Assembly: GCA_038851755.1 (NCBI GenBank) | Contig: JAWCKR010000001.1 | Span: 32,001 to 96,000, forward strand | Reading direction: 5' to 3' | DNA length: 64,000 nucleotides | DNA from: Candidatus Hadarchaeales archaeon | Lineage (GTDB): Archaea; Hadarchaeota; Hadarchaeia; Hadarchaeales; WYZ-LMO6 | Shown: positions 1-8,456 of the stretch, piece after piece | How the letters are laid out: the number at the start of each line of letters is the position of its first letter | How positions within the stretch are numbered: position 1 is the stretch's first letter | Position numbers and translations under genes: made by a program | Notes under the pieces: model-generated | What the model saw: only the letters and a program-made list of their open reading frames with translations | Told to the model about the DNA's origin: nothing | Database searches by the model: none

Positions 1-827
1 TAGAGCCACAGGTCCTCGTCAACGGTTGGAGGATCCTGACTGCCGAACAGCTCAGCGACCACTACGCCCTATACGAGTTCAGGAGAGGGGGGGTGAAGTG
101 GAGGGGCGAGCAGAGGGACTCTTTCGACTTTCTGTCGGTAAGGGTCTGGTGCAAGGAATGCGGGAGGAGGGTATCCCCGGATGCCCGGAGCTGCCCGAGG
201 TGTGGCTCTTCCTCCTTCACCAGAAAAGAGGAAGTGAAACGCATTCCGGCGAAGGTCTTCGCCAGGTTCATGGGGTGGTACCTTGCGGAAGGTAATGTTT
301 GTACATCGAAAGGGGGATACAGGATAGCCATTTCGCAGCTCAACAGGAGGAACCAGAAGAGAATAGCATCCATAATGCGCGAGATTGGACTGAACCCTTC
401 CATTACCCAGTTCCATGTGTCCTCTCATGCTGGTTGGCTCTACGGGTACCTGAAGAGGCTGGGCAAGTCGAAGGAGAAGTTCATCCCGCAGGAGATCAAG
501 GAACTCCCTCCGAACCTGCTGAGGCTCTTCCTCTCCGAACTCTTCGCCGGGGACGGCGCGAAGAGAAAAGGTAAGCTGGTACGATATTACACGGCATCCC
601 GGAAACTGGCGGAGGATGTGGTGGAGTGCCTGATAAAGGTGGGGAAATGCGGGACGATAGGGAGAAGGAGAGACCTCTATGAGGTGACGGTGGTCCACAA
701 ACAACTCACCCCGGAGTTCAGGGGTAGGCCCAAGCTGGTCCGCTACCGGGGGAAGGTCTATGACCTGACCGTTCCCAACGGGACCCTCTTGGTGGAGAGA
801 GGAGGGAAGGTGGTGTGGTCGGGAAAC
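1..827 (+). mobile_element. Intein 1 in NrdD (N-terminus outside window) with LAGLIDADG homing endonuclease
   Basis: Endonuclease blocks FMGWYLAEGN and FLSELFAGDG; block F VYDLTVPNG; ends ...VVWSGN (AAC 825-827) before extein Cys (TGC 828-830). Codon usage is more AT-rich than the extein. Confidence 0.9.
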
Positions 828-3650
828 TGCGCGGGCCATTCGATGGAGGACATCCTGACGAAGGGGCTGGTGAGCGTGGGGAACAACCCCTACTCCAAAC
901 CCCCGAAGCACCTGGACGTGGCCCTGATGCAGGTGGTGAACTACATAGGGGTGATGACCCAGGAGTGGGCGGGGGCGCAGGCCTTCTCCTGGATAGACGC
1001 CTACCTCGCCCCTTTCATCAGGGAGGACGGGCTGGACGACAGGCAGCTCAAGCAGCTCCTCCAGATGTTCGTGTACAACCTCAACGTGACCTCCAGGTGG
1101 GGCGGCCAGAGCCCGTTCAGCAACGTCACGCTGGCATGCGGAGTCCCGGAGCCCCTCAAGGGGAAGCCGGTGGTGGTGGGCGGGAGGACCCTTGACAGGA
1201 CCTACGAGGAGTACGGGGAGGAAATAGAGAGGTTCGACAGGGCCTTCCTGGAGGTGCTGCTGGAGGGTGATGCCACGGGCAGGCCCTTCACCTTCCCCAT
1301 CCCGACCTTCGCCATCACGAAGGACTTCCCCTGGGAGGATGGGCTCAGCTCCCTCCTCTTCAGGGTGGCGGCGAAGTACGGCCTCCCCTACTTCCAGAAC
1401 TTCGTGAGGAGCGACCTGAGCCCCTGGCAGGTGTACTCGATGTGTCTACATCCTGAGGAAGAGGTCATTTTCAGAGGCTCTGGAATCTCCAGGACCAAGA
1501 TAGAGGAGCTAGTCAGCAAATACGCAGGGGAATTCGACAAAGAGGGGTGGGCCTCTCCCAAAAAAGAGGTTCTGGTTTGCACTTTCAACCCAGAAACCCT
1601 GCAACTGGAATGGCGAAAGATTAAGCGGTTCTTCAGGGCTAAATCCAACGAGCTGGTTGAAATCGTTACCGAAGACGGGAGGTTCATCAGGGTCACTCCT
1701 GAACATCCCGTCCCTGTCCTGACCCCCGGCGGTCTGAGGCTTAAGCTCGCTGGAGAGGTAAAGCCAGGAGATTTCATGCTTTCCTTGAGGAGTGCTGAAA
1801 CGCTGCTAAAGGGAGAGTACGAGAAGATAGGGGTGGTTGACTGGCACCGGGGAAGGAGATGTAGACTCTCGGACGCAAGATTGAAAAAGCTCCACGAGCT
1901 AGGACTCTCCGATAATCAGATTGCCGAAGTAACCGGACTTTGCCATAGGTGGGTGGCTCACAGGAGAAGGAGGCTGGGTCTTCATCCCAACCCACCGAAG
2001 GACGGCGGGGTTGAGATGGCGAAGAATTTATACACGGAGGAGTTACCGCTCGACGAAGAGCTCTCTTTCCTTCTGGGCTTTTTCACGGGGGACGGGAACT
2101 ACCTCTACTCCAGCAGGGGGAAGAAGAGGCTGGTAGGAATGCAATTCACCTTCAAGCGGGATGAGGAAACCGTGAAGGCAAAAATCAGGGGACTCGCCGA
2201 AAAGATTTTCGGAGTGAAATGTTCCGAGTCGGAAGACCCACGCTACAACGTCTCCTACCTCTACCTCTACGATTCGGGACTGGCCGATGCCCTCTACCAG
2301 GCCGGGTTCAGAAAACGCGGAAGGTTGCCCGACATCCTCTTCAACTCACCCATTTCCGTCATCAAGGCATTCATAGAGGGCTTCTTCCTCGCGGACGGAT
2401 GTGCGAAGAGAAAGGAAATCCACATGAACGACGAGGAACTGAGCAGGGATCTGATAATCCTCTGCTCCCTCGCCGGCATTCCATGCTGCTATCGCAAGCG
2501 TGAAAGAAGCCAGGTCATATACTTCCAGCACAAGAGAAACCTAGAGCGCAAAATACTCTACGAAAGAACTCCCCGCTGGTTCGATGCCGAAAAGGCGAAG
2601 GAACTCGTTTCGGTGAGGGTTAAACGTGTCCGTAGAGCTGAGCTTGAGACCCCCATCTTCTTCTACGATTTCGAGCTGGATGGAAATCATCTCTTCGTCC
2701 ACTCCTTGGGCACGCTTACACACAACTGCTGTCGATTGAGCCTGGACCTGAGGGAGCTCCAGAGGAACGTGACGGGCGGCCTGTTCGGATCCAGCCCGAA
2801 GACGGGTTCCGTGGGCGTGGTGACCATCAACCTCTCGAGGGCGGGGTACCTGGCGAAGGGGAGCGAGGATGAGCTCTTCAGGAGGCTGAAGTACATGTGC
2901 ATCCTGGCGGAGAGGGCCCTGGAGCACAAGAGGAAGATCGTGGAGAGGAACATCCAGGCCGGCCTGCTCCCGTACACGAAGGAGTACTTCGGGAACCTGG
3001 ACAGGCACTTCTCCACCATAGGAGTGGTGGGAGGGCACGAGATGTGCCTGAACATGGGGATAGAGGGGGGAATAGCGAGCACGGAGGGGGCGGAGCTATG
3101 CAGGAGGGTGCTGGAGTTCCTCAGGGAGGAGTGCAGGAAGATACAGGAGAGGACGGGGCACCTGTACAACCTGGAGGCCACGCCGGCGGAGGGCGTGAGC
3201 TACAGGCTGGCGAGGCTGGACAGGAGGAAGTTCGGGAAGGCCATCTCCACCTCTGGGGAGAGGGAGCCTTTCTACACCAATTCAACCCAGCTGCCGGTGG
3301 ACTCGGACCTGGACCTGGTGGATGCCCTGAGACACCAGGAGCCCCTCCAGACCATGTACACGGGAGGAACGGTCTTCCACATCTACCTGGGGGAGAGCCT
3401 GGAGGAGGGGGAGAGCTGCAGGAACCTCATGAGGAAGATCGCCCTGATGACCAGACTCCCCTACTTCACCCTCACCCCCACCTACTCCATATGCGGGGAC
3501 CACGGGTTCCTGCGGGGGGAGCACCCCTCCTGCCCCCTCTGTGGGAAAGAGACTGACGTGTACTCTAGGGTGGTGGGATATTACCGACCGGTCAAGAACT
3601 GGAACGCCGGAAAGCAGGAGGAGTTCAGGCTGAGGAGGAAGTACAGCTGA
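1..3650 (+). CDS. nrdD: Anaerobic (class III) ribonucleoside-triphosphate reductase, 5'-truncated by the window edge, containing two inteins
   Basis: Frame is open from position 3. Extein motifs: CAGHS, QEWAGAQAFS, RWGGQSPFSN, GRPFTFPIPT, SM|CCRL (after splicing), YNLEATPAEG, C-terminal CxxH...CxxC and glycyl-radical loop YSRVVGYYRPV. Confidence 0.95.
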   Translation, partial: EPQVLVNGWRILTAEQLSDHYALYEFRRGGVKWRGEQRDSFDFLSVRVWCKECGRRVSPDARSCPRCGSSSFTRKEEVKRIPAKVFARFMGWYLAEGNVCTSKGGYRIAISQLNRRNQKRIASIMREIGLNPSITQFHVSSHAGWLYGYLKRLGKSKEKFIPQEIKELPPNLLRLFLSELFAGDGAKRKGKLVRYYTASRKLAEDVVECLIKVGKCGTIGRRRDLYEVTVVHKQLTPEFRGRPKLVRYRGKVYDLTVPNGTLLVERGGKVVWSGNCAGHSMEDILTKGLVSVGNNPYSKPPKHLDVALMQVVNYIGVMTQEWAGAQAFSWIDAYLAPFIREDGLDDRQLKQLLQMFVYNLNVTSRWGGQSPFSNVTLACGVPEPLKGKPVVVGGRTLDRTYEEYGEEIERFDRAFLEVLLEGDATGRPFTFPIPTFAITKDFPWEDGLSSLLFRVAAKYGLPYFQNFVRSDLSPWQVYSMCLHPEEEVIFRGSGISRTKIEELVSKYAGEFDKEGWASPKKEVLVCTFNPETLQLEWRKIKRFFRAKSNELVEIVTEDGRFIRVTPEHPVPVLTPGGLRLKLAGEVKPGDFMLSLRSAETLLKGEYEKIGVVDWHRGRRCRLSDARLKKLHELGLSDNQIAEVTGLCHRWVAHRRRRLGLHPNPPKDGGVEMAKNLYTEELPLDEELSFLLGFFTGDGNYLYSSRGKKRLVGMQFTFKRDEETVKAKIRGLAEKIFGVKCSESEDPRYNVSYLYLYDSGLADALYQAGFRKRGRLPDILFNSPISVIKAFIEGFFLADGCAKRKEIHMNDEELSRDLIILCSLAGIPCCYRKRERSQVIYFQHKRNLERKILYERTPRWFDAEKAKELVSVRVKRVRRAELETPIFFYDFELDGNHLFVHSLGTLTHNCCRLSLDLRELQRNVTGGLFGSSPKTGSVGVVTINLSRAGYLAKGSEDELFRRLKYMCILAERALEHKRKIVERNIQAGLLPYTKEYFGNLDRHFSTIGVVGGHEMCLNMGIEGGIASTEGAELCRRVLEFLREECRKIQERTGHLYNLEATPAEGVSYRLARLDRRKFGKAISTSGEREPFYTNSTQLPVDSDLDLVDALRHQEPLQTMYTGGTVFHIYLGESLEEGESCRNLMRKIALMTRLPYFTLTPTYSICGDHGFLRGEHPSCPLCGKETDVYSRVVGYYRPVKNWNAGKQEEFRLRRKYS
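1443..2726 (+). mobile_element. Intein 2 in NrdD (428 aa) with LAGLIDADG homing endonuclease
   Basis: Starts CLHPEEEV; block B VTPEHP; blocks LLGFFTGDGN and FIEGFFLADG; block F YDFELDGNHLF; ends THN before Cys. Removal restores YSMCCRL. Confidence 0.93.
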
Positions 3651-3663
3651 TCACGATCCCCCC

Positions 3664-3748
3664 ACTGACCTCCAAGGGGGTACAAGGCGGGGGCAGCATC
3701 CCCCTGCGAGGGGGTAAGGCTGCCCCCTGCCTCCCCTCTCCTGTCAGT
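3664..3748. other. Long imperfect GC-rich hairpin between convergent nrdD and cooC-like genes
   Basis: Nested pairings: ACTGAC/GTCAGT, AGGGGG/TCCCCT, GGCGGGGGCAGC/GCTGCCCCC(T)GCC, and an apical CCCCT-GCGA-GGGGG hairpin. Confidence 0.7.
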
Positions 3749-3754
3749 CCGGCC

Positions 3755-4504
3755 TCAGGGGGATAGATAGCCCAGTCTTCTCAGGAGTTCCCTCACTCCC
3801 ATCAGAGCTGGAGCATCCCCCCGCAGGTGAAAGATGGTGCGTCCCTCCCTATCCAGCTCCTCCACCTCTCCGTCCTCAGGCACCAGCCCCAGGACTTCCA
3901 TGCCCCCGGGCACCTCCACCTCCTCCCCCTCCCTCACCCTGTTCAGGACCAACCCCGCCCTCCTGTACCTCACCGCCCCCCTGTCCGCCACCCCCTTTAT
4001 GGTGAGAGCCACGCCCAGCGACCTGGGGGAGGGGTCGGAGACCAGGAGGAGGTCATCCACCTCCTTCATCACCCTCCGGTTGATCTGCTCCACCCCGGCC
4101 TCCCCGTCTATCACCACCATCTCGAAGCTCCTGGAAACCGAGGTGAGGATCTCCCTCAGGAGCTCGTTCACCCTGCAGTAGCATCCCTCCTCCTCGGGCC
4201 TCCCCATCGCCAGCAGGGAGAACCCCTTCCTCTCCTCCATCGCCCTCAGCACCCCATAGTCCAGGGAGAGGGCGAGCTCCTCCCGGCTCACCTTTCCCAG
4301 GGAGGAGATCCACTCCCTTCTGAGGTCCTCCACCGTCCTCCTCACCTCCACCCCAAGGGCCTGGGAGAGACCGGAGGAGGGATCCGCATCCACCGCCAGC
4401 ACCCTCCTCCTGCCGCCCTCCGCCAGCAGACGCACGGAGGCGGAAGCCAGAAAGGTTTTTCCCACGCCCCCCTTCCCGCAGAAGACCATCACCCCTCCCC
4501 TCAC
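3755..4504 (-). CDS. cooC: CooC/AcsF-family nickel-insertion ATPase
   Basis: Deviant Walker A GKGGVGKT, VDADP, metal-binding GCYC, DGEAGVEQINR. The GTG start overlaps the upstream TGA. Confidence 0.85.
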   Translation of the reverse strand: MRGGVMVFCGKGGVGKTFLASASVRLLAEGGRRRVLAVDADPSSGLSQALGVEVRRTVEDLRREWISSLGKVSREELALSLDYGVLRAMEERKGFSLLAMGRPEEEGCYCRVNELLREILTSVSRSFEMVVIDGEAGVEQINRRVMKEVDDLLLVSDPSPRSLGVALTIKGVADRGAVRYRRAGLVLNRVREGEEVEVPGGMEVLGLVPEDGEVEELDREGRTIFHLRGDAPALMGVRELLRRLGYLSP

Positions 4505-5214
4505 TTTCTCCCCTCCCTCAGCATCCTCTCCCTTATCGCCCTGAGCTCCGCCACGCTCCCGCACACATCCCTGTAATCGCACCTGTCGCAGTCCAAGGAG
4601 ACTTCCTCCACCATCTTGCCTATGGCCCCCGCTATCTTCCTGGCCTTCTCTCCCATCCCCCAGAGGGCCCTCACACCCTCCTCGCAGGTGGAGAAGACCA
4701 CCTCCACGGAAGACACGGGGAACCCGGAGCGCAGGGCCCTGAGGAGGGCACCGCCCACCACGGAGAGGGAGAGGCCCCTCTCCACCCCCTCCCTGCTCAC
4801 CCTGCTCCAGAGCCTCATCTGGGAGGGCAGGCCCCTGACCATGTATCCCCTCAGCCTGATCCTGAGCGGGACCAGGTTCAGCCTCCGGTACTCCTCATCC
4901 CTGATCTCCCTCGACTCCACCACACAGAGCTGGGCAAAGGGAACCTCACCTTTCAGCTGCGGAAGGTCCTCCCCCCACAGGCTTATCCTCCCCTCCTCCA
5001 CCAAACCGCTGGTCTCGGTGAGGAGGACCGAGGAAAAGGAGGGGAGTTCGGGGGGACCGAGCTCCACCCAGGTCTCCTCCTTCAGGACCACCTCGGAGCC
5101 CTCCCCCAGGAAGCCGTCTGGGTCGAGGGGCGTGAGCTTCTTCACCCTCCCTTCCCTCTCCCCCTTCTGCAAGAGCCCACGCAGGGACCTCAGGTCCTCA
5201 TCGAAGAGCTTCAT
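4501..5214 (-). CDS. Stand-alone acetyl-CoA synthase beta (CdhC)-like domain protein with C-terminal CxxC-x5-C
   Basis: ETWVELG, GRISLWGEDL, LRGYMVRG...WSRVSRE resemble the ACS beta middle domain; ends DCDRCDYRDVC; lies next to cooC. Confidence 0.6.
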   Translation of the reverse strand: MKLFDEDLRSLRGLLQKGEREGRVKKLTPLDPDGFLGEGSEVVLKEETWVELGPPELPSFSSVLLTETSGLVEEGRISLWGEDLPQLKGEVPFAQLCVVESREIRDEEYRRLNLVPLRIRLRGYMVRGLPSQMRLWSRVSREGVERGLSLSVVGGALLRALRSGFPVSSVEVVFSTCEEGVRALWGMGEKARKIAGAIGKMVEEVSLDCDRCDYRDVCGSVAELRAIRERMLREGRK

Positions 5215-5983
5215 CCGCCTTCTCCCGCGCGAGCAGGCAGGCCCCGTATGCCCCCGCCAGGATGGGGTCGAGAGGCAACCGCTTCACCCCCCTCCCCAGC
5301 TGCTCCTCCAGGGCCCTCACGAAGCTCTCCAGCCTGCCCACCCCTCCCGCCACCGCCACCTCTCCTCTCATCCCCACCTTCCTGACGATGGAGGAGACCC
5401 TCCCCGCGATGGCCCTGGTGACGGCGGCCACGACATCCTGGACTTCCTCCCCCTCGTTCAGGAGGGCCACCACCTCGCTCTCCGCGAAAACCGTGCACTG
5501 GGAGGTGATGGAGAGTTTCTTGGTGGAGCGTGACACCATAGCATCCCACTCCCCCATCCCTATCCCCAGGGCTTCCCCGAGCAGCTCCAGGAACCTTCCC
5601 GCCCCGGCCGCGCACCTGTCGTTCGTCCCGTAGTCCACCACCCTTCCCCCCTCCATCACCGCCACCCTGGTGGTGTTGGCCCCCACCTCCACCACCGTTC
5701 CGGCCTCCGGGACCAGGGAGCTGCATGCCCTGGCAAGGCAGAGGAGGACGGGCCTTTCCTCCCTGACGAACTCCAGACCCCTCACCCTCTCCCCCGTCCC
5801 CACGCAGTAGGCCACCTCCTCCCTCCTCCTGCCCGCACCCTCCAGAGCGAGGGCGAAAGCGCGCTCCGCCGTCTCCTTGGCCCTGGGCCCGGTCTCCAAG
5901 ATGGCGCGACCCAGAACGGAACCATCCTCCATGAGGAGGGCCTTCACCCTCCCGCTCCCCACGTCCAGCCCTCCCACAAGCAT
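5198..5983 (-). CDS. ATP-dependent activase (BadF/BadG/BcrA/BcrD family), copy 2
   Basis: MLVGGLDVGS, NDRCAAGAGRFLE, SQCTVFAESE, GAYGA; TGATG overlap with the upstream gene. Confidence 0.88.
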   Translation of the reverse strand: MLVGGLDVGSGRVKALLMEDGSVLGRAILETGPRAKETAERAFALALEGAGRRREEVAYCVGTGERVRGLEFVREERPVLLCLARACSSLVPEAGTVVEVGANTTRVAVMEGGRVVDYGTNDRCAAGAGRFLELLGEALGIGMGEWDAMVSRSTKKLSITSQCTVFAESEVVALLNEGEEVQDVVAAVTRAIAGRVSSIVRKVGMRGEVAVAGGVGRLESFVRALEEQLGRGVKRLPLDPILAGAYGACLLAREKADEALR

Positions 5984-6765
5984 CAGCTTCCCCCCGCTTT
6001 CTCCCAAGCGAAGAGGGCCGCCCCCAGGGCCCCCACCAGCTGGGGGTCGAAGTCCAGCCTGATGAGGGGAACGCCCAGCATCTCCTCCAGGTACCTCACC
6101 ACCCCCACGTTCTTCGCCACCCCGCCGGAGAGGACCACCTCCCTCTCCACCCCCACCCTGGAGGCCAGCGCCTTCACCCTCGCCGCCATGGCCTGGTTCA
6201 CGCCGGCCGCCACATCCTCGGCGCTCGCTCCCTCCGCCAGCTGGGTGAGGACCTCCGACTGGGCGTAGACCGCGCAGACGTTGGTGATGGGTATGGGCTT
6301 CCCGGAGGAGAGGGAAAGCCTTCCGAGCTCTTCCACCCCCACTCCCAGCGTCTTGGCCATCAGCTCCAGGAACCTCCCCGTCCCCGCCGCGCACTTGTCG
6401 TTCATGACGAAGTTCACCAGCCTCCCCTCCCCGTCCACCCTTATCACCTTGCAGTCCTGCCCCCCTATGTCTATCACGGTCCTCACGGAGGGGAGGAGCC
6501 AGTGGGCCCCCCTTCCGTGGCAGGAGATCTCCGACACGTTCTCCCCTGCGAAGGGAATCCTCACCCTGCCGTAACCCGTCCCCACGCAGTAGGCCACCTC
6601 CTCCCACCTCCTCCCCGCCTTCCTCAGGGCCTCCTCCATCACCTCCCTCGCCGAGAGCTCCGGCCTGGGTTTGACCCTCCTCACCTCGTGGGAGAGGATG
6701 CGGCCGTCCTCCAGCAAGAGGGCCTTGGCGGTGAGGGAGCCCACGTCGCAGCCCGCCACCAGCAT
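5983..6765 (-). CDS. ATP-dependent activase (HgdC/BcrD-like), copy 1
   Basis: GCDVGSLTAK, GTGYGR, EISCHGRG, DIGGQDCK, NDKCAAGTGRFLE, CAVYAQSE, GGVAKN. Confidence 0.92.
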   Translation of the reverse strand: MLVAGCDVGSLTAKALLLEDGRILSHEVRRVKPRPELSAREVMEEALRKAGRRWEEVAYCVGTGYGRVRIPFAGENVSEISCHGRGAHWLLPSVRTVIDIGGQDCKVIRVDGEGRLVNFVMNDKCAAGTGRFLELMAKTLGVGVEELGRLSLSSGKPIPITNVCAVYAQSEVLTQLAEGASAEDVAAGVNQAMAARVKALASRVGVEREVVLSGGVAKNVGVVRYLEEMLGVPLIRLDFDPQLVGALGAALFAWEKAGGS

Positions 6766-6766
6766 G

Positions 6767-8143
6767 CTAACCCAGCCCCATCGTCTCGTTGAACTCTAAA
6801 ATCCTGCGCTTGATCTCGGAAACGGGGCTTACCCTGAAGTCCCAGCAGTCGGCTTCTATCCGGAGGCAGGGGAGGCCCGTCTCCCTCTGCAGCGCCCTTA
6901 TGAAGGCCTGGAAGCCCCCCCAGGTGTTCTTGCATGCGGGGTGGCCCGCGAACACGAAGCAGTCCCCTCCCCACTGCTCCACGCACCACACGTAGTCCTC
7001 CAGCCACTGCTCCGGGAAGTCCATGGGTCCCCTCTGCTGCCTGGTCATGGGGTAGTTCCAGCACCTCTGCGCCAGCCCCTCTAGCATGGTCTCCGGGGAG
7101 GAGGTGTCGACGGGCCTCTCCGCGTGGAAGAGGGTGAGGATGTCCACCACGTAGCTCATCCCGTTCTCCTCCAGCCAGAACCAGAGGTCCATGCTGGGGG
7201 AGTAGAAGCCCGTGTACACCCAGATCTGCCTGATGCGCTCCTCCGGCTTCGCCCCCTCCTTCCTCCTCAGCCTGTCCTTGGAGGCCTCCAGCACCGTTTC
7301 AAAGAGCCTGGTCCCCTGTGGGGTCCCCACCGAGCTGAACTTCACGGCCTGCAGGAAGACGTTGAAGCAGGAGTGGACGGGGTTAGGGCGAGCCCTCTTC
7401 AGGTCGTTGATCTCCAGGTAGTGCTTCCTGCACTTCTCGCTCTCCTCCACCACCTCCCTCAGCCTCTCCTCCTCCAGCTTCCTCCCGGCGAACTCCTCCA
7501 GTTTCCTCACCTGATGTTTGTACTCCTTGACGTAGTAGTCGAAGGCCCTCTCCCCGTGGTAGGTGGGACAGTCTATTCCCAGGTAAGGCACCCCCAGGCG
7601 GACGGCCATGTACTCGTAGAGCTTGGAGTTGGCGTCGCAGCTCCCCGGAGCGGCGGTGACCACCAGGTCAGGGCGGAGGCCGAGGCCCTTCAGGATGGCC
7701 CCGCAGGCCGCCCTCTGCGAGGTGCACATGGTCTCGAGCAGTCCCTCCTCCACGCTCCAGTCGAAGTACACGTGGGGGTCTTCCAGGAAGATGGTGGCGA
7801 AGGAGGTGAGCACCTCCGGCACCAGCGGGACGAGGTCCAGCGCATACAGAACTTCGGGGGCGGTGTTGAAGCTGGAGAGCACCACCTTCTTCCCCTCCTC
7901 CTTCGCCCCCCTCACCATCCCCAGGTACCAGCCGGCCCACCTGGACACCTCCAGGGCCACCCTCCGGATGGCGGGGTCGGAGAGGAAGAGGTGCCTCAGG
8001 ACCTCGGCCTGGGAGGGAACGGCCGCCACCAGGTCCTCCAGCTCCCTCTCCGTCACATCCTCAGGGATGGAGGAAGCCAGGGAAAGGAGGGTGAAGAGCC
8101 TCTCCTCGAGCGGCAGCTGCCTAGCCTCTTCCACCACCCTCAC
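6767..8143 (-). CDS. 2-hydroxyacyl-CoA dehydratase / benzoyl-CoA reductase-like Fe-S subunit (458 aa)
   Basis: PEVLYALDL, MCTSQRAACG, GSCDANSK, KLEEFAGRKLEEERL, HPACKN, IEADCWD. Confidence 0.85.
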   Translation of the reverse strand: MRVVEEARQLPLEERLFTLLSLASSIPEDVTERELEDLVAAVPSQAEVLRHLFLSDPAIRRVALEVSRWAGWYLGMVRGAKEEGKKVVLSSFNTAPEVLYALDLVPLVPEVLTSFATIFLEDPHVYFDWSVEEGLLETMCTSQRAACGAILKGLGLRPDLVVTAAPGSCDANSKLYEYMAVRLGVPYLGIDCPTYHGERAFDYYVKEYKHQVRKLEEFAGRKLEEERLREVVEESEKCRKHYLEINDLKRARPNPVHSCFNVFLQAVKFSSVGTPQGTRLFETVLEASKDRLRRKEGAKPEERIRQIWVYTGFYSPSMDLWFWLEENGMSYVVDILTLFHAERPVDTSSPETMLEGLAQRCWNYPMTRQQRGPMDFPEQWLEDYVWCVEQWGGDCFVFAGHPACKNTWGGFQAFIRALQRETGLPCLRIEADCWDFRVSPVSEIKRRILEFNETMGLG

Positions 8144-8456
8144 CCCTCTCGGCGAGCCTTCTCATTTCCCTCTCCTCCAGCCTTGGGCGGAGGTAGACCG
8201 CGTATCCCCCCTGGGTCCTCTCCACCATCACCTTCCATCCACCCCTCTCCCCCTCCTCCCTCTCCGATTGGCCCTTCACCACCCGATGCAGCATCTCCTC
8301 CATCCCCTCCAAGAGCTCCTCGGGAAGCCTGGGCCTGAAGTCGGGACAGAGCCTCAGGCTGGCGGGGTTCTCCTCGGTTCCCTTCAGCTGACACCTTATC
8401 TTCTCCCACTCCTCCCATCTCGCCCAGAAACAGTCACCGCATCTCACGGGGCTCAT
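8121..8456 (-). CDS. Small Cys-rich hypothetical protein (111 aa)
   Basis: ATGA overlap with the upstream gene; MSPVRCGDCFW...RCQL...LCPDF; fills the gap between the two dehydratase-like subunits. Confidence 0.6.
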   Translation of the reverse strand: MSPVRCGDCFWARWEEWEKIRCQLKGTEENPASLRLCPDFRPRLPEELLEGMEEMLHRVVKGQSEREEGERGGWKVMVERTQGGYAVYLRPRLEEREMRRLAERGEGGGRG

